DNA of 64,000 nt from Rhizodiscina lignyota (Eukaryota): assembly GCA_010015805.1 (NCBI GenBank), contig ML978131.1:806001-870000 (forward strand), in the 5' to 3' direction. The notes below the pieces were generated by a model, which saw nothing but the letters and a program-made list of their open reading frames with translations, was not told where the DNA came from and did not search any database. The position numbers and the translations under genes are program-made. Shown in pieces: positions 13,210 through 24,361 of the stretch (positions are counted from its first letter, which is position 1; every line of letters starts with the position of its first letter).

Positions 13210-14659
13210 TCACTTTTTCTGTTCCTTTTTCTTTGGGTTTGGATTCCCTTTCCACTCGAGCTTCCTCGGCGTCATGAATTCGTTCAAGACTTCGTCCGTA
13301 ATCTTGGCCCTCGCCTCTTGGTAACCTTTCACATATTCCTGCACCAAGCTGATGCACATCTTCTTCAATTCCCCTGTGAGCAGCTCTCCCTTCTTATATT
13401 GATCATAAATCACTTTCAGCTTCTCATCGTCGTCTTCAAAGTAGGTGAGATATTGATATGCGACATCAACATCCGGATTCCCGCCGAGCTCACGATGGAG
13501 CTCGACAGTCTCTTGCCCTCCTGAGAATGCGTGGCTGTTGATCTTTTTCTGGATTTGTTTGGGGGTATCACTCATGAAAATAGCAGAATTCGGATTGCTG
13601 GAGGACATTTTCCCCCCTGCGCCTTGCAAAGCCGTCAGGAATTTGCAGTGTAGTAGAGCGGGCTTGGGGCTGGGGTATTTCATCCTGTGGCAGTTATCTC
13701 GGACCAGCCGGAAATATGGATCTTGGTCGATGGCGCATGGAATGAGACATGGAATAGCAGCGGTCTTCTTCGATCGAACGTCTGATTTTGGGTCATCTCC
13801 CCAAATCTCCGGGTATGAGGTCGCAAAAGCAGCGATGCATTGAAGACTTGGAAAGAAGATTCGGCCGATGTTGGTACTATTTCTAGTCAGTGAATTGCAG
13901 AAGGCACTAACATAAAATGCGCATACCTGGCGTCGAAGCCAAATGCACCTCTGACTTGGTTGAAGGTTACCAACTTGGAAAATTCCCAAGCATTGAGTAA
14001 GAAGTGGCCGCCAGTATACTTCAAATCACTGTAAATGAACGTCTTCTTCTTGTCAAACCCCATTGCTAGGATATCTTTTGCGTTATTTCGAGCGAATTGC
14101 AACACTTCCTCGAAGGACAGGCTGTCCTTGAACAAGGCTTTCTCATCATCCGTCAACATTATCACCAATGGTACATCGAAGACGTCTTGTAGCCATTTTG
14201 TGAACTCGAATGGGATGGTATGTCCGATATGCATGCTGTCTGATGACGGTCCTCTGCCGGTGTAGAGGAAGAAAGGTTTGCCATACTCGTAGCAGTCGAG
14301 AATTCTGTCGAGGTCGCGATGTGAGAAATACAGGCCTCTTCGTAGCCAGCGATGAGGCTTGTGTCCAGTCAGCGCCGTGAAGCGGTCGAGGAGAGCTTGA
14401 TCAATAAGCCTTGTTGCCCATTTCCTATGCGAAATTGTCAGAGGCTGTAAGAATTGCATACTATATTCCAAACGTACTTTGAAATGGCCTCATAGTCGAA
14501 AGCTAGCGTATTTCCTTGCTCATCTGTTCCTGCTTCCACACTCCATGGATCTATGACTTGTTCCTTTGCCTTGGGTGGCTCGGTCGTGGCTGTTTCGGCA
14601 ATTGACAGCGCGGCCACGGAAGGCGGCTCGCCCACCTCATTTGGCGCTTTCTCGGCCAT
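13210..14659 (-). CDS. WRS1: Cytosolic tryptophanyl-tRNA synthetase
   Basis: Motifs [15 protein letters not shown] (HIGH), [11 protein letters not shown] and KMSSS. Introns 14425-14477 and 13877-13926 join three exons in frame. Confidence 0.97.
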
Positions 14660-14749
14660 ATTTAAGGAGAATACTCCGGTAAGGGTGCAGAGTCGAAGCT
14701 GTTAGTGTTGCTCTGAATATTCGGCTTTTAGGTAGTGAGAAGCGCTGCA

Positions 14750-14756
14750 TGACTCA
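14750..14756. promoter_or_regulatory. Gcn4/CpcA (AP-1-type) element TGACTCA upstream of TrpRS
   Basis: Exact TGACTCA about 90 bp upstream of the TrpRS ATG. Aminoacyl-tRNA synthetase genes are classical cross-pathway-control targets in fungi. Confidence 0.5.
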
Positions 14757-14928
14757 GGCGCGCCAAGATTTTGATAATCCCTGAGAAATCCCCGCTCCGC
14801 TCCGCCGCACAAGCGAATATCGCACACACTTTCGACTTGCACCCACGTTCGACGCATCTCGACATTCGCAAACATCAACGCCATCTCTCCTCGATTTCGA
14901 CGACCGATATAATCGGCTATTCGTCAAG

Positions 14929-15980
14929 ATGGCTCCTACAAACCTTCCTCCGCTTTTCAATGCGACGAGCGAAGATGTCGAGAAGCTGCTCGCCGCTCAG
15001 TGCCATCTCGGCTCCAAGAACCTCCAGGTGCACATGGAGCCATATCTCTGGAAGACCAGGCCAGATGGTATCAACGTGATCAACATTGGCAAGACCTGGT
15101 ATGTTTTCTTCTAACCTCAATTCTCTTCGTGGGCTGCCCTCGACCGTTGTTGCGAATGTCGCAAGCTTCCTTAAAGGCCATTATGCTCATATGCTTTGCT
15201 CACAGGGAAAAAGTCGTCCTTGCAGCCCGCATCATCGTAGCAATTGACAACCCAGCCGATATTTGCGTCATCTCTGCTCGTCCCTATGGTCAACGTGCTG
15301 TCCTCAAGTTCGCTGCGCACACTGGTGCCGTCGCCATCGCAGGTCGCTTCACTCCCGGTAACTTCACCAACTACATCACTCGCTCGTTCAAGGAGCCTCG
15401 TCTCATCATCGTCACCGACCCGCGTACCGATGCCCAAGCCATCAAGGAGGCTTCCTACGTCAACATTCCTGTTATTGCGCTCTGCGATACTGACTCCCCC
15501 ACCGAATACGTCGATGTAGCCATCCCAACGAACAACAAGGGCCGTCACGCTATTGGTCTGGTTTGGTGGTTGCTCGCGCGTGAGGTCCTCCGTCTGCGTG
15601 GCACGATTGCGTCCCGCGAGACTGAGTGGGACGTCATGCCTGATCTGTACTTCTACCGCGACCCAGAGGCCGAAGAGAACAAGGACAGTGCTGGTGTGGA
15701 CGAGGCCAAAGTTCCAGGCGCAGACGAGGTCGGCGCTGGACCTGTTGATGCTGGATTCACAAACGACTGGGAGGTCTCTGGCGGCACTGCGGGTGCGTTT
15801 GCTGCGGCTAGCAACACCGCTGGCGCTGCGGGCACCAGCTGGGACCAAGATGGTGCTGACTGGGCTGCTTCTGGTGCGCCTGCTGAGACTGGTGCTGCGA
15901 CCGAAGGCTGGGCTGATCAACCTGCTGCTGCTGCTACAACCACCACCACCACCACCACCACTCAAGAGGGTGGCTGGTAA
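14929..15980 (+). CDS. RPS0: 40S ribosomal protein S0 (uS2)
   Basis: Motifs [34 protein letters not shown] and [11 protein letters not shown], with an acidic Trp-spaced tail. One intron at about 15099-15205. Confidence 0.98.
15924..15962 (+). repeat. Coding microsatellite (GCT)4-ACA-(ACC)7-ACT encoding A4T9 in the RPS0 tail
   Basis: Read directly from the sequence. Confidence 0.9.
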
Positions 15981-16684
15981 ATCTTTGCTCAAGAGGGGCG
16001 CGAGCTACATTGCAAGTTGCAGCCATGTCGACGGCGAAAAGAAATTACTTCATGGGCAGGAGGGAAGTTCAATTGCAAGCGTGCGGGCATTGACACTAAC
16101 GAGGGAAAGATACCGAACTTCATTCAGCTCTCTTGCTGAAAGTTGCTCGGGGAAAGCCCTGTGCTAGTGACCGTAGCGCTAGAATTATATGTAGCAGTAT
16201 AGTTCTAGCAATTGAACCTTTAACATCACACTTAGCGCACTATTTGAAAACAATAGTGCGAGTTATGCATTAGCACAAGCCTAAACAACGTTGTACTCGA
16301 GCTTAGCTAATGCGGTCTTCATCGCCGATGATATGACGGTAATATTTTATATAAGGCTCACGAAAGAGCTCCTCGCTTCGCCAGACGTTTTGCCTGTGGG
16401 CTGCTTCGATGTTTCGATGACGAAGAACAAAATAATATCGGACATCACTGCTGCCAAAAGAAGTGAGCAAAGGGTTTGAACGTCAATTCTTCTCTAATCT
16501 GTTGGAGGTGGGAGACAAGCAATCTACACCGGTGTGGTTGCGCGCATAGGCGCTCATTGGAGAAAAGAATTTGGATCTATAAAGACTCGTGAGGGTCATA
16601 CTCATACAGTTATTCCTCATAATTCTTCTTCTGTAATTTAATCACGTGCATCATGCCCTGGTGAGGTTTCTTCTTGCTCACTAC

Positions 16685-17680
16685 TCAATTGCCTTTCTTC
16701 TCCGCTTCATATCTTTGCCACAGTGCCGCCTTCACAAACTTTCCCTGCATCCTCTCCGGGAAACTCTGCACCAGCGCTAGCTGCACCGCATGCCAGAAGT
16801 ACCCTATCACAGTTCTTCTTCCACACCCGACGCGCTGCACAGCCGCAGCAGCGAAAGTATCGCTCGATGGGTTGCTCAAGCTGACTGTCTCATCGCTGTT
16901 GTGCTGCGCTACAACTGGCCCGCTGGTCACACTGAGCACTTCAATCGGTCGATTGAAGAGCTCTACTTCCCATGCCAACGCTTTAGAGAGCGTGTGCATT
17001 AGCGACTTGGCACCAGAGTACGCGCTAACGAGTGGAATGCCTTGCAAGTCCGCGAAGGAGCCAATGCTCATGATCAGAGAAGGGCGCTGTTCGACTGATG
17101 AGCTGGTTCGTCCAAGCAGTGGTATGAGTGAATTGGTTAGCTGCGCGGGAAATACAGCATTGAGGGTGATAATACGGCCCAACAGCTCTGGCTCCAGCTC
17201 GCCAAACACGGTGTAAGAGAGACCGAACATTGCGGTGCCACCAACATTGTTGACCAGCATTGTAACGCAGAGTCCTTCGTCCTTGATGAACTTCTCGATT
17301 GTGGGAACAGAAGAGGCTGGGTCTTCGGCCGACGCGCAGATGGCGAGGACCTTGCGTCCCGAAAACTTGGCTTGTAACTCTGAGCGAACTGATTCGAGCT
17401 TTTCGGGGTTGCGGCCGTGGATGATGACGTTAGAGCCTTTAGAGAGCAGGACGGCCGCAATTGACTTTCCGATACCTCCTGTCGAGCCTGTGATTAAGGC
17501 ATACGAATCCGGATTAATGTAACGGTGGACACTGGAAGGCCGGAGATACGGCCAGGAGAAGCGCAGGACACGATTCAAGGTCAATACCGTTGATATCGTA
17601 CCAATTGTTGCAAGTATACCTGTGAGTGTGACGGGGGTATTCAGAGCTACAAAGGCTCTTTGCATGTGTGGAGGGATCAT
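16685..17680 (-). CDS. Short-chain dehydrogenase/reductase, 17-beta-HSD / very-long-chain 3-oxoacyl-CoA reductase-like, with an N-terminal membrane anchor
   Basis: ITGSTGGIG Rossmann motif, LVNNVG, catalytic YSGAK, and a hydrophobic N-terminal segment after the likely start MIPPHMQ (17680). Confidence 0.85.
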   Translation of the reverse strand: MIPPHMQRAFVALNTPVTLTGILATIGTISTVLTLNRVLRFSWPYLRPSSVHRYINPDSYALITGSTGGIGKSIAAVLLSKGSNVIIHGRNPEKLESVRSELQAKFSGRKVLAICASAEDPASSVPTIEKFIKDEGLCVTMLVNNVGGTAMFGLSYTVFGELEPELLGRIITLNAVFPAQLTNSLIPLLGRTSSSVEQRPSLIMSIGSFADLQGIPLVSAYSGAKSLMHTLSKALAWEVELFNRPIEVLSVTSGPVVAQHNSDETVSLSNPSSDTFAAAAVQRVGCGRRTVIGYFWHAVQLALVQSFPERMQGKFVKAALWQRYEAEKKGN

Positions 17681-18246
17681 TGTGAAAAGGGTGCCAGGCT
17701 CTGCCCTTTGTGTCTTAAATTTCAAAGAATGGACTTGAGGGAAAAGAATAAATGGGTGGAAGTCAGGCCGATACCGGAAATATAACTTGAGGTTGATGAA
17801 TACGGAGTACGTTGATAGAACCCTGGGTCGGACCCCGACGTTGAGAAGTTGTATGCGCCACCGAAGACAGACCGAAGAGTAAAAGCAGGTAAAAGGAGAA
17901 GAAGAAAAGAACGATGAAGATGGAGATGGAGTTGAGCGTCGTCGTGAAGAATTTCTAAAATCCACCTCAGCACTATCGCACCCTAGCTCCTTCAGATGTC
18001 CGTGAGTTGGGATTGGTCTCCGTGACGAGACGCGGCTAGCTCGAGAACTCAATTCATGATCTCATTTGTGTAACTGTAACTCTGGCGAAGGCGTTTCACA
18101 AATTGCGCCCTTTCTAAAAATCGTGGATGAGGCACAGAGGTCATATGATCGATAACCCAGTCGGTGACTTTTGACCTCGTTCAGGACGGAGAGTGGTGGA
18201 CATCCCACAGCTCTATTCAATCCTTGGCAAGCTTCAACATCACAAA

Positions 18247-19779
18247 ATGGCGGATCCACTGTATGAGCTTCTGATCCCTTATTTCGATGCCGAAGATGCC
18301 TCTCAACTCCTTCAATTGGATTCGCAAGATCCAATCACCTCCACCTATCTCAATCGACTGGGCACCCTGACGCTGTCCGCCCTTACAACCACCGAGTCGC
18401 AATCTCTCTCTCAGACCTCACAATCAACTCTCCGATCCATACAAGCACTCTCTAAACGCTCATACAAACCCATAATTTCTTCAACGGAGAAGCTAGACCA
18501 ACTAGGCCTACACCTCCGTACAATCGCGTCATCCTCGACCTCCATACACGATGCGCTCCCCTCCCTCGAAGACTCGGCGCAGTCATTCGCCCAGAAATAC
18601 AGCAAGACGCTCGATAATCCCATCCTCGACCGCAGAAAAGCCGCGCTGCTTCTCTCCCGCAATGTAGACCGCGTGTCAGATGTGCTCGACCTCCCCACCC
18701 TCCTGTCCACCGCAATATCATCGTCATCTGCTGCTGCTTCGTCTGGCGCGCCAGCAACGGGAACGACGAGCACAAACTTGAACTATGCATCTGCTTTGGA
18801 CCTGCATGCGCACATCAAGCGCCTACATACGATATATCCGAACATGGGTCTCATAAATGACATCTCGAGGCAGGCGGAGCAGGAGATGAAGGGCATGACG
18901 ACCGCCCTGATCGCCAGCTTACAAGGACAAGTTCTAAAGCTTGCTGGAGCAATGCGCACGATAGGATGGCTTAGACGCGTCGCCCCAGAGCTAGATGATG
19001 CCTATGTGAACAGCAGGCAGCGCTCTGCTTCTCTCGCAACCAGTGGAGAAGGATCTTTAGGTGCATTGTTTTTGGTGTGCAGGCTGGTCAACTTGCTCAG
19101 CATGCTCGAAGCCCTAGACCCATTAAAGGAGCTGGCGGACCAGGAGACGACGAGACGGAAGGGCAGAGTGACCAAGGGGTCGGGAAAGAGTGCGGATGCA
19201 AGAGATGGCTGGGCGGGAGGACAGCAAACGGAGCGCTATCTCAAGCGGTACATTGAGATTTTCAGGGAGCAGAGTTTCGCTATCATGTCGATGTACAAGA
19301 GCATCTTCCCCTCCGCCTTACCTGCGCCGGGATCAAGCATGGAGCAGGAGGATACCGTGCTGAGTCCGACCTCGCTTCCCCCTCGGTCCGCAAGCGCATT
19401 AAAGACTGATGCAAATGAGGACGAAGCAGCATTGCAGAAACTCCCGAGTCCACTAGCAACGTTTCCTATGCATCTGGTCGAGCTACTTATGGACACGTTG
19501 AGAGAGTATCTACCAAATATTCAAGACCGTAACTCGAGGGAGAGCTTGCTTACGCAGGTGCTTTACTGCGCCGGAAGTTTAGGTAGGCTGGGAGCTGACT
19601 TTGGCGCCGCACTTGCGCTTCTGCTAGCGGAGGATGAGGATGATGAAGAGGATGACTACGACGAATGGGCTGAGGTGGTGAAGAAGCACAGAATTCAAGC
19701 TAGTCGCTTGGAACTACTGGCGAGTGGTGTGGGCAGTGGGAGAACTGGCAGCTTAAAAAGTCCAGTGCCTGCGCAGTAG
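18247..19779 (+). CDS. COG8: Conserved oligomeric Golgi complex subunit 8 (Dor1)
   Basis: Motifs MADPLYELL, LDLPTLL, NYASALDL, RYLKRYIEIFREQSF and LLTQVLYCAGSLGRLGADF are typical of the Dor1/COG8 family. Confidence 0.93.
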   Translation: MADPLYELLIPYFDAEDASQLLQLDSQDPITSTYLNRLGTLTLSALTTTESQSLSQTSQSTLRSIQALSKRSYKPIISSTEKLDQLGLHLRTIASSSTSIHDALPSLEDSAQSFAQKYSKTLDNPILDRRKAALLLSRNVDRVSDVLDLPTLLSTAISSSSAAASSGAPATGTTSTNLNYASALDLHAHIKRLHTIYPNMGLINDISRQAEQEMKGMTTALIASLQGQVLKLAGAMRTIGWLRRVAPELDDAYVNSRQRSASLATSGEGSLGALFLVCRLVNLLSMLEALDPLKELADQETTRRKGRVTKGSGKSADARDGWAGGQQTERYLKRYIEIFREQSFAIMSMYKSIFPSALPAPGSSMEQEDTVLSPTSLPPRSASALKTDANEDEAALQKLPSPLATFPMHLVELLMDTLREYLPNIQDRNSRESLLTQVLYCAGSLGRLGADFGAALALLLAEDEDDEEDDYDEWAEVVKKHRIQASRLELLASGVGSGRTGSLKSPVPAQ

Positions 19780-19854
19780 TAGATCTGCAGATGATTCACA
19801 TGAATGGCTCCAGATATTAGACCATGTCGAGAACTGTGCATCTCCATTTCTTCT

Positions 19855-20721
19855 CTATTTCAGCAGTTGCGTTATCTCGTCTGCTCTCTGCAGCACTCCC
19901 CTTATCGCACCCCAATAAGCATCCGGATCCTTCATCATATGAGCGACATGCAGGCTGCCATCGACCCGCACCTTCTCCACGCTCCATCCTTTCTTTCTCG
20001 CCTCTTCCGCGTGCTCTTCGACATCCTGATAAAGCACCGCCGTATCCGTTTTGGAATACACGTACAGCCTTGGCGCAACCTTGGGAAACAATCCCTGGTC
20101 ATTCAGCCCTTCCCGTACGCGGTCGACCACGTTCTTCTGCCCGAAAACAACCGACCAAATCCAGAGCATCCCCATTATGAAGTATACAATAGGTCTAGCG
20201 ATCCACATCAAGGACCGCGGAGTACCAATCAGGAACACCCTCGTGCCGTCTTTGAATGAACCTCTTCCTGGACAGCTATCCAACGCCATCGCATCAACCG
20301 GCATCACCTCTCCCGCCGTCGCAGCTTTGTACGCCTGTGCAAGCTGTGTCGCCTGCCGACCCCCTCCATTCGAAAACGCATGCAGCAGTATTCTACCCTG
20401 TTCATGGCTCTTCCTGAAGCTCCGGACGAACTCGGCGGCGGGCGTGAGACGCTGGCGCTGCACGAAGTCTGGGATAAAGACGAAGTCGTTCACATGACTT
20501 GTGAGGAGGAGGATGGTGGTGGAGGGGTAGGAGGATTGATATGCGCTGGTGTATTTGAGGATATGCTTGGGCAGAGCACCCAGCCATGCGCACAGGATGA
20601 CGAGGTCGGGAGAGACGGAATTGGATGGATGGATGCCGTTGGTCTTGGGCGGGTTGTAGAGGTAAGTAGTGCGCGCAGAGTTGAGAGGGGCGAAGGTCGG
20701 GAAGGGGTTTGATGGCGCCAT
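19855..20721 (-). CDS. DUF829 (TMEM53 / PaxU-like) alpha/beta-hydrolase-fold protein
   Basis: Motifs LVILCAWLGA..KHILKY, LLHAFSNGG, LDSCPG, RLYVYSKTD and SLHVAHM..DP..YW. Confidence 0.85.
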   Translation of the reverse strand: MAPSNPFPTFAPLNSARTTYLYNPPKTNGIHPSNSVSPDLVILCAWLGALPKHILKYTSAYQSSYPSTTILLLTSHVNDFVFIPDFVQRQRLTPAAEFVRSFRKSHEQGRILLHAFSNGGGRQATQLAQAYKAATAGEVMPVDAMALDSCPGRGSFKDGTRVFLIGTPRSLMWIARPIVYFIMGMLWIWSVVFGQKNVVDRVREGLNDQGLFPKVAPRLYVYSKTDTAVLYQDVEEHAEEARKKGWSVEKVRVDGSLHVAHMMKDPDAYWGAIRGVLQRADEITQLLK

Positions 20722-22111
20722 TTGGAGAGGCGTTGATGATATGCTTCGTCGTTGTTGTCGGATTACTTGTTGAGCGGTCAGCACTCGACGCGCTACGCGG
20801 GCGTAACAGAGACTACGATAGAAAGATGTTGAAATAAGATCTCGTGAGCATATAAGTATTTGAGATTGAGATCGATTTGGTAACTTTGACGAGGAGACAA
20901 TTAGGAGAAGACTGGATATGGAAGTGAAGTAATAATAAGCCCAGCCAAACACTTCTTTCGATATCGTAGCCTAGTCGGTCATCACCATTCCCGATCCGTA
21001 CGAATGGTTGTGCGCGGCCTCGGCTTCGCGTTCTCAACCGATTCTCTGACTGGATAGTTTCACAGCACGAAGATCATTGCTAGTATGGCCAGTTTCCCAA
21101 GTGCGATACATGTTTTTCGACAAGAATGCGTTGACGCAGCTGGTTGGAAGCGTTGTTGGAGTTAAGTTACCCAATTGTATCTCTCTGGCTGCCCGCACTG
21201 CAGGCGCCTGGCACGTGACGAATGGATGTTCCGAGATCGGCTTCTGGGAGATCCGAGCGACCTTGCTTCTTCCATAGTACACCTGACAATGTCGGCAAGC
21301 CTTGCAATCAATGGATATATTCCAGCGTGCATTGGTACTCCGCAAGTTATATGCGACTCAAGACTCGTAACTGCCCTCACACACTTGTCTTGCTCGTGCG
21401 AACTGTGACAACTCATTCCTCTCTTTTGCTATCCATTTTCTTCGGAAGCATTTCATGTGTGTAAATTCCACTAGAAAGACTTTTCTCTTGCTTGGTAGTT
21501 GCAATCATCCGAAACCGTGGATCCCACATCAATCGTCAGCATCACTACCAGCTCTGTAACTCTTGTCCAACTCCTCTGCTCCAGCATAGCTTCCGTCAAA
21601 AAGGGGCTTCGGGAGGTCGGCTCAACTTCGGCTCGGCCTCCATTTGGCAAGTTATCGTCGTGCAACCTGGCTGGTCTCCTTAACTATGAATTGCTCCGCT
21701 ACTTTGGCCCGATTCTGCGACTTCAATGCTAAGTATTCACGTTTGGGAATTCTCCTCACCCGGCAACCCCCATTTTCGCATGGAGTGCTGTAAAGTCGGC
21801 ACGTACACTTTTCTGCCCTACCCTGACGGTCCGTTTTGGCGTCATTGGAGCTTAGCATCCATCCCCGCACCCCGCAAGCTTAACCTTTTCCTGGAGACAA
21901 CTGCTATCTTTGTACGTAGTATAGACAGTTACTCTCAAGAATGGCGATCGAAGTGTATGCTCTCCACACACTCGGGGAGGCAGCTCCCGTCCTCGGCAAC
22001 CCTTTGTGGGCTTACGTATCGTACAAAATAATGATGAACTTGAGCCTATGAATCCTGTCTTTCTCACAGCTGGTTATTCTCTTTCATTTTAATCTGCTAT
22101 AGTCCTTCAAA

Positions 22112-23926
22112 ATGTCTCCTTCTGTGGCTAAAGGAAACCGACCCGTGCGAATTGCACAAATCGCCGCCTCTACCGTCGACCGTCACGAAATCTTTGGCAT
22201 GCTGGCAAAGACCACTGAAGCAGATGTTTTTTGTGGTGACTTCATTTCCGAGTGGAATATGGCTACTCGTGGCGCAGGAAAGGCCTTGGGACTTGAAGAA
22301 TTCTCCTACGAGCCAGCCTTTGTCGATGCCATCGCACCGGCGCTGGAAGATTTGGAGCGCAATCGAATCAAGGTTGCAGTCAATGCAGGTGTAACTGATA
22401 CTGCCAAACTTGCCAAACTTATCGATGGCATGGTTAAAGAGAGAGGCCTCAATTTGAAAGTTGCGTATGTCGATGGAGATACCGTCACGGACACCGTCAA
22501 GCAACTTATCAAGGGAGGAAAATCCTTCAAGCATCTTATAGATTCCGTCGATCATTTAGGTAAAGACGGCGACGAGATGATTTTTGCCCAATGTTACCTC
22601 GGCATTTGGGGTATCGCACGTGCTTTCCGCGAAGGAGCGGACATTGTCCTCTGCGGCCGCGTGACAGACGCGTCTCCAGCAGTGGGCGCTGCTGCATGGT
22701 GGCACGACTGGAAGGAGGATCAATACGATGAGCTTGCTGCTGCCCTGATAGCGGGTCACTTGATAGAATGCACAGGATACGTGACAGGGGCGAATTTCAC
22801 CGGCTTCAAGCGCTTCCCCGTCAATGTCAAGACAGGATTTCCCATCGCTGAGATTTCAGCCACTGGCGACGTTGTCATCACAAAGGCTAGTTTCTTTACG
22901 GGAGAGGTGTCGCCGGAGACCTGCACCTCGCAGCTCATGTACGAAATCCAAGGGCCGTGGTACTACAACTCCGACGTCACTGCTGAGATAACAGATGCTA
23001 AGCTTGAGAAGATTGGGAAGGACCGTGTACGGCTCAGTGGTATTCGTGGGATGCCGCCTCCGCCGACCACTCGGGTAGGCTTTACGACAATGGGAGGGTA
23101 CCAAGCCGAGATGCATTGGTTCTTGGTGGGCTTAGACGTGAAGGAGAAGGCGGAGATGCTCACAGCTCAGATCAAGGAGCGCCTGAATCCGGACAGTTTC
23201 CAATGCCTCGTATTCCAAACACATGGATCGGTCCCTAAAGATGCCAGGACGCAAGCATCTGCTACGTTGGATTTTAGAGTCTTCGCCCAGGCTCGGACCG
23301 AAGAGTTAATCAGCCACAAGAACTTCTTCCGGCCATGCATTGATGTGCTCAATATCACATACCCAGCCGCAACCTTCCACCTGGATAACAGGCAGAGCTT
23401 CCCAAAGATCTACTACGAGTACTATGTGTCCCTCATAGAGCAGTCAGTAGTAAGGCAACAAGTGCACATCGGGTCCAAAGTCATCGATATTCCGCCTCCA
23501 AGCGTTACGAAACAGTATCCCTCGGAACAGCCATTCACCGACGTGACCAATCCAGTTGATCTCAGCTCGTTCGGCCCAACTACGTTGGCTCCACTGGGAT
23601 ACGTCGTACACGGTCGTTCGGGAGATAAATCGTCAAACGTAAACATCGGGCTCTTCGTCCGGCACGCGGATGAATGGGACTGGCTTCGCAGTCTCCTTTC
23701 CATTGCCAAGATCAAGGAGTTGTTGCGTGACGAATATACCGGCAATAAAGTCGATCGCTGGGAGTTCCCTAATGTGTGGGCAGTACACTTTATTCTACAC
23801 GACCATCTCGATCGTGGCGTGAATTCCAACTCGACATATGACTTTTTGGGCAAGAATGTAGCGGAGTTCGTTCGTTATCAGAAGGTTGAAATCCCGAACA
23901 AGTTCTTGGAGAGGGGAAGAATCTAA
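22112..23926 (+). CDS. AtuA-like / DUF1446 protein (acyclic terpene utilisation A family), intronless, 604 aa
   Basis: Motifs GDFISEWN, VAVNAG, VAYVDGD, GADIVLCGRVTDAS, AGHLIEC, GFPIAEI, QLMYEIQGPWYYNSDV, and C-terminal GRSGDKSSNVNIG and DFLGKNVAE. Confidence 0.9.
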   Translation: MSPSVAKGNRPVRIAQIAASTVDRHEIFGMLAKTTEADVFCGDFISEWNMATRGAGKALGLEEFSYEPAFVDAIAPALEDLERNRIKVAVNAGVTDTAKLAKLIDGMVKERGLNLKVAYVDGDTVTDTVKQLIKGGKSFKHLIDSVDHLGKDGDEMIFAQCYLGIWGIARAFREGADIVLCGRVTDASPAVGAAAWWHDWKEDQYDELAAALIAGHLIECTGYVTGANFTGFKRFPVNVKTGFPIAEISATGDVVITKASFFTGEVSPETCTSQLMYEIQGPWYYNSDVTAEITDAKLEKIGKDRVRLSGIRGMPPPPTTRVGFTTMGGYQAEMHWFLVGLDVKEKAEMLTAQIKERLNPDSFQCLVFQTHGSVPKDARTQASATLDFRVFAQARTEELISHKNFFRPCIDVLNITYPAATFHLDNRQSFPKIYYEYYVSLIEQSVVRQQVHIGSKVIDIPPPSVTKQYPSEQPFTDVTNPVDLSSFGPTTLAPLGYVVHGRSGDKSSNVNIGLFVRHADEWDWLRSLLSIAKIKELLRDEYTGNKVDRWEFPNVWAVHFILHDHLDRGVNSNSTYDFLGKNVAEFVRYQKVEIPNKFLERGRI

Positions 23927-24361
23927 ATTGGGTTACGTTGAAATGTACGTAAATTGTAAAAATAATTGACGGAATTGTGGAGCGGGAGCATAAGGCCTTA
24001 CGGAAGATTGTGATCGAGAACGTGTAATCCATAATGCCGTTCACTGAGTTCTTGCTTCGACCACCTTTTACGGGCCTGCGACTACGATAACTCGAAGCGG
24101 TGTGGGCCCTACCTTACCATAATGGATAGCCGAACAGCCCTTACCATATTAAGGATAAAAATACGTCCAACTGAACCTGTTTGAGTTAGCCTGAAAAATG
24201 TTAATGGAAGCCAAAACCCGACGACCGTCGTTATTAGCCGCTCCTGGGTTCGGGGCACCCCCGTCCTTCGAGCCGGATCTTGGAAACCAGAGGGGCAGTT
24301 TTGAGCGTCCTGGGATCATCTTCATAGTTTTTTTATATCTGCACTCTCTGTGCATCAGGCC

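Noticed and set aside
15171..16167. Long alternative-frame and antisense ORFs over RPS0
   Set aside because: By-products of strong codon bias in a highly expressed gene.
17681..18052. N-terminal extension of the 455-aa SDR ORF
   Set aside because: Begins at a TTG and reads through pyrimidine-rich 5' UTR/promoter sequence; the first plausible ATG is at 17680.
19855..23926. PaxU-like DUF829 plus AtuA read as an indole-diterpene or terpene biosynthetic cluster
   Set aside because: No GGPP synthase, prenyltransferase, cyclase, PKS or NRPS in the window, and DUF829 is widespread outside such clusters.
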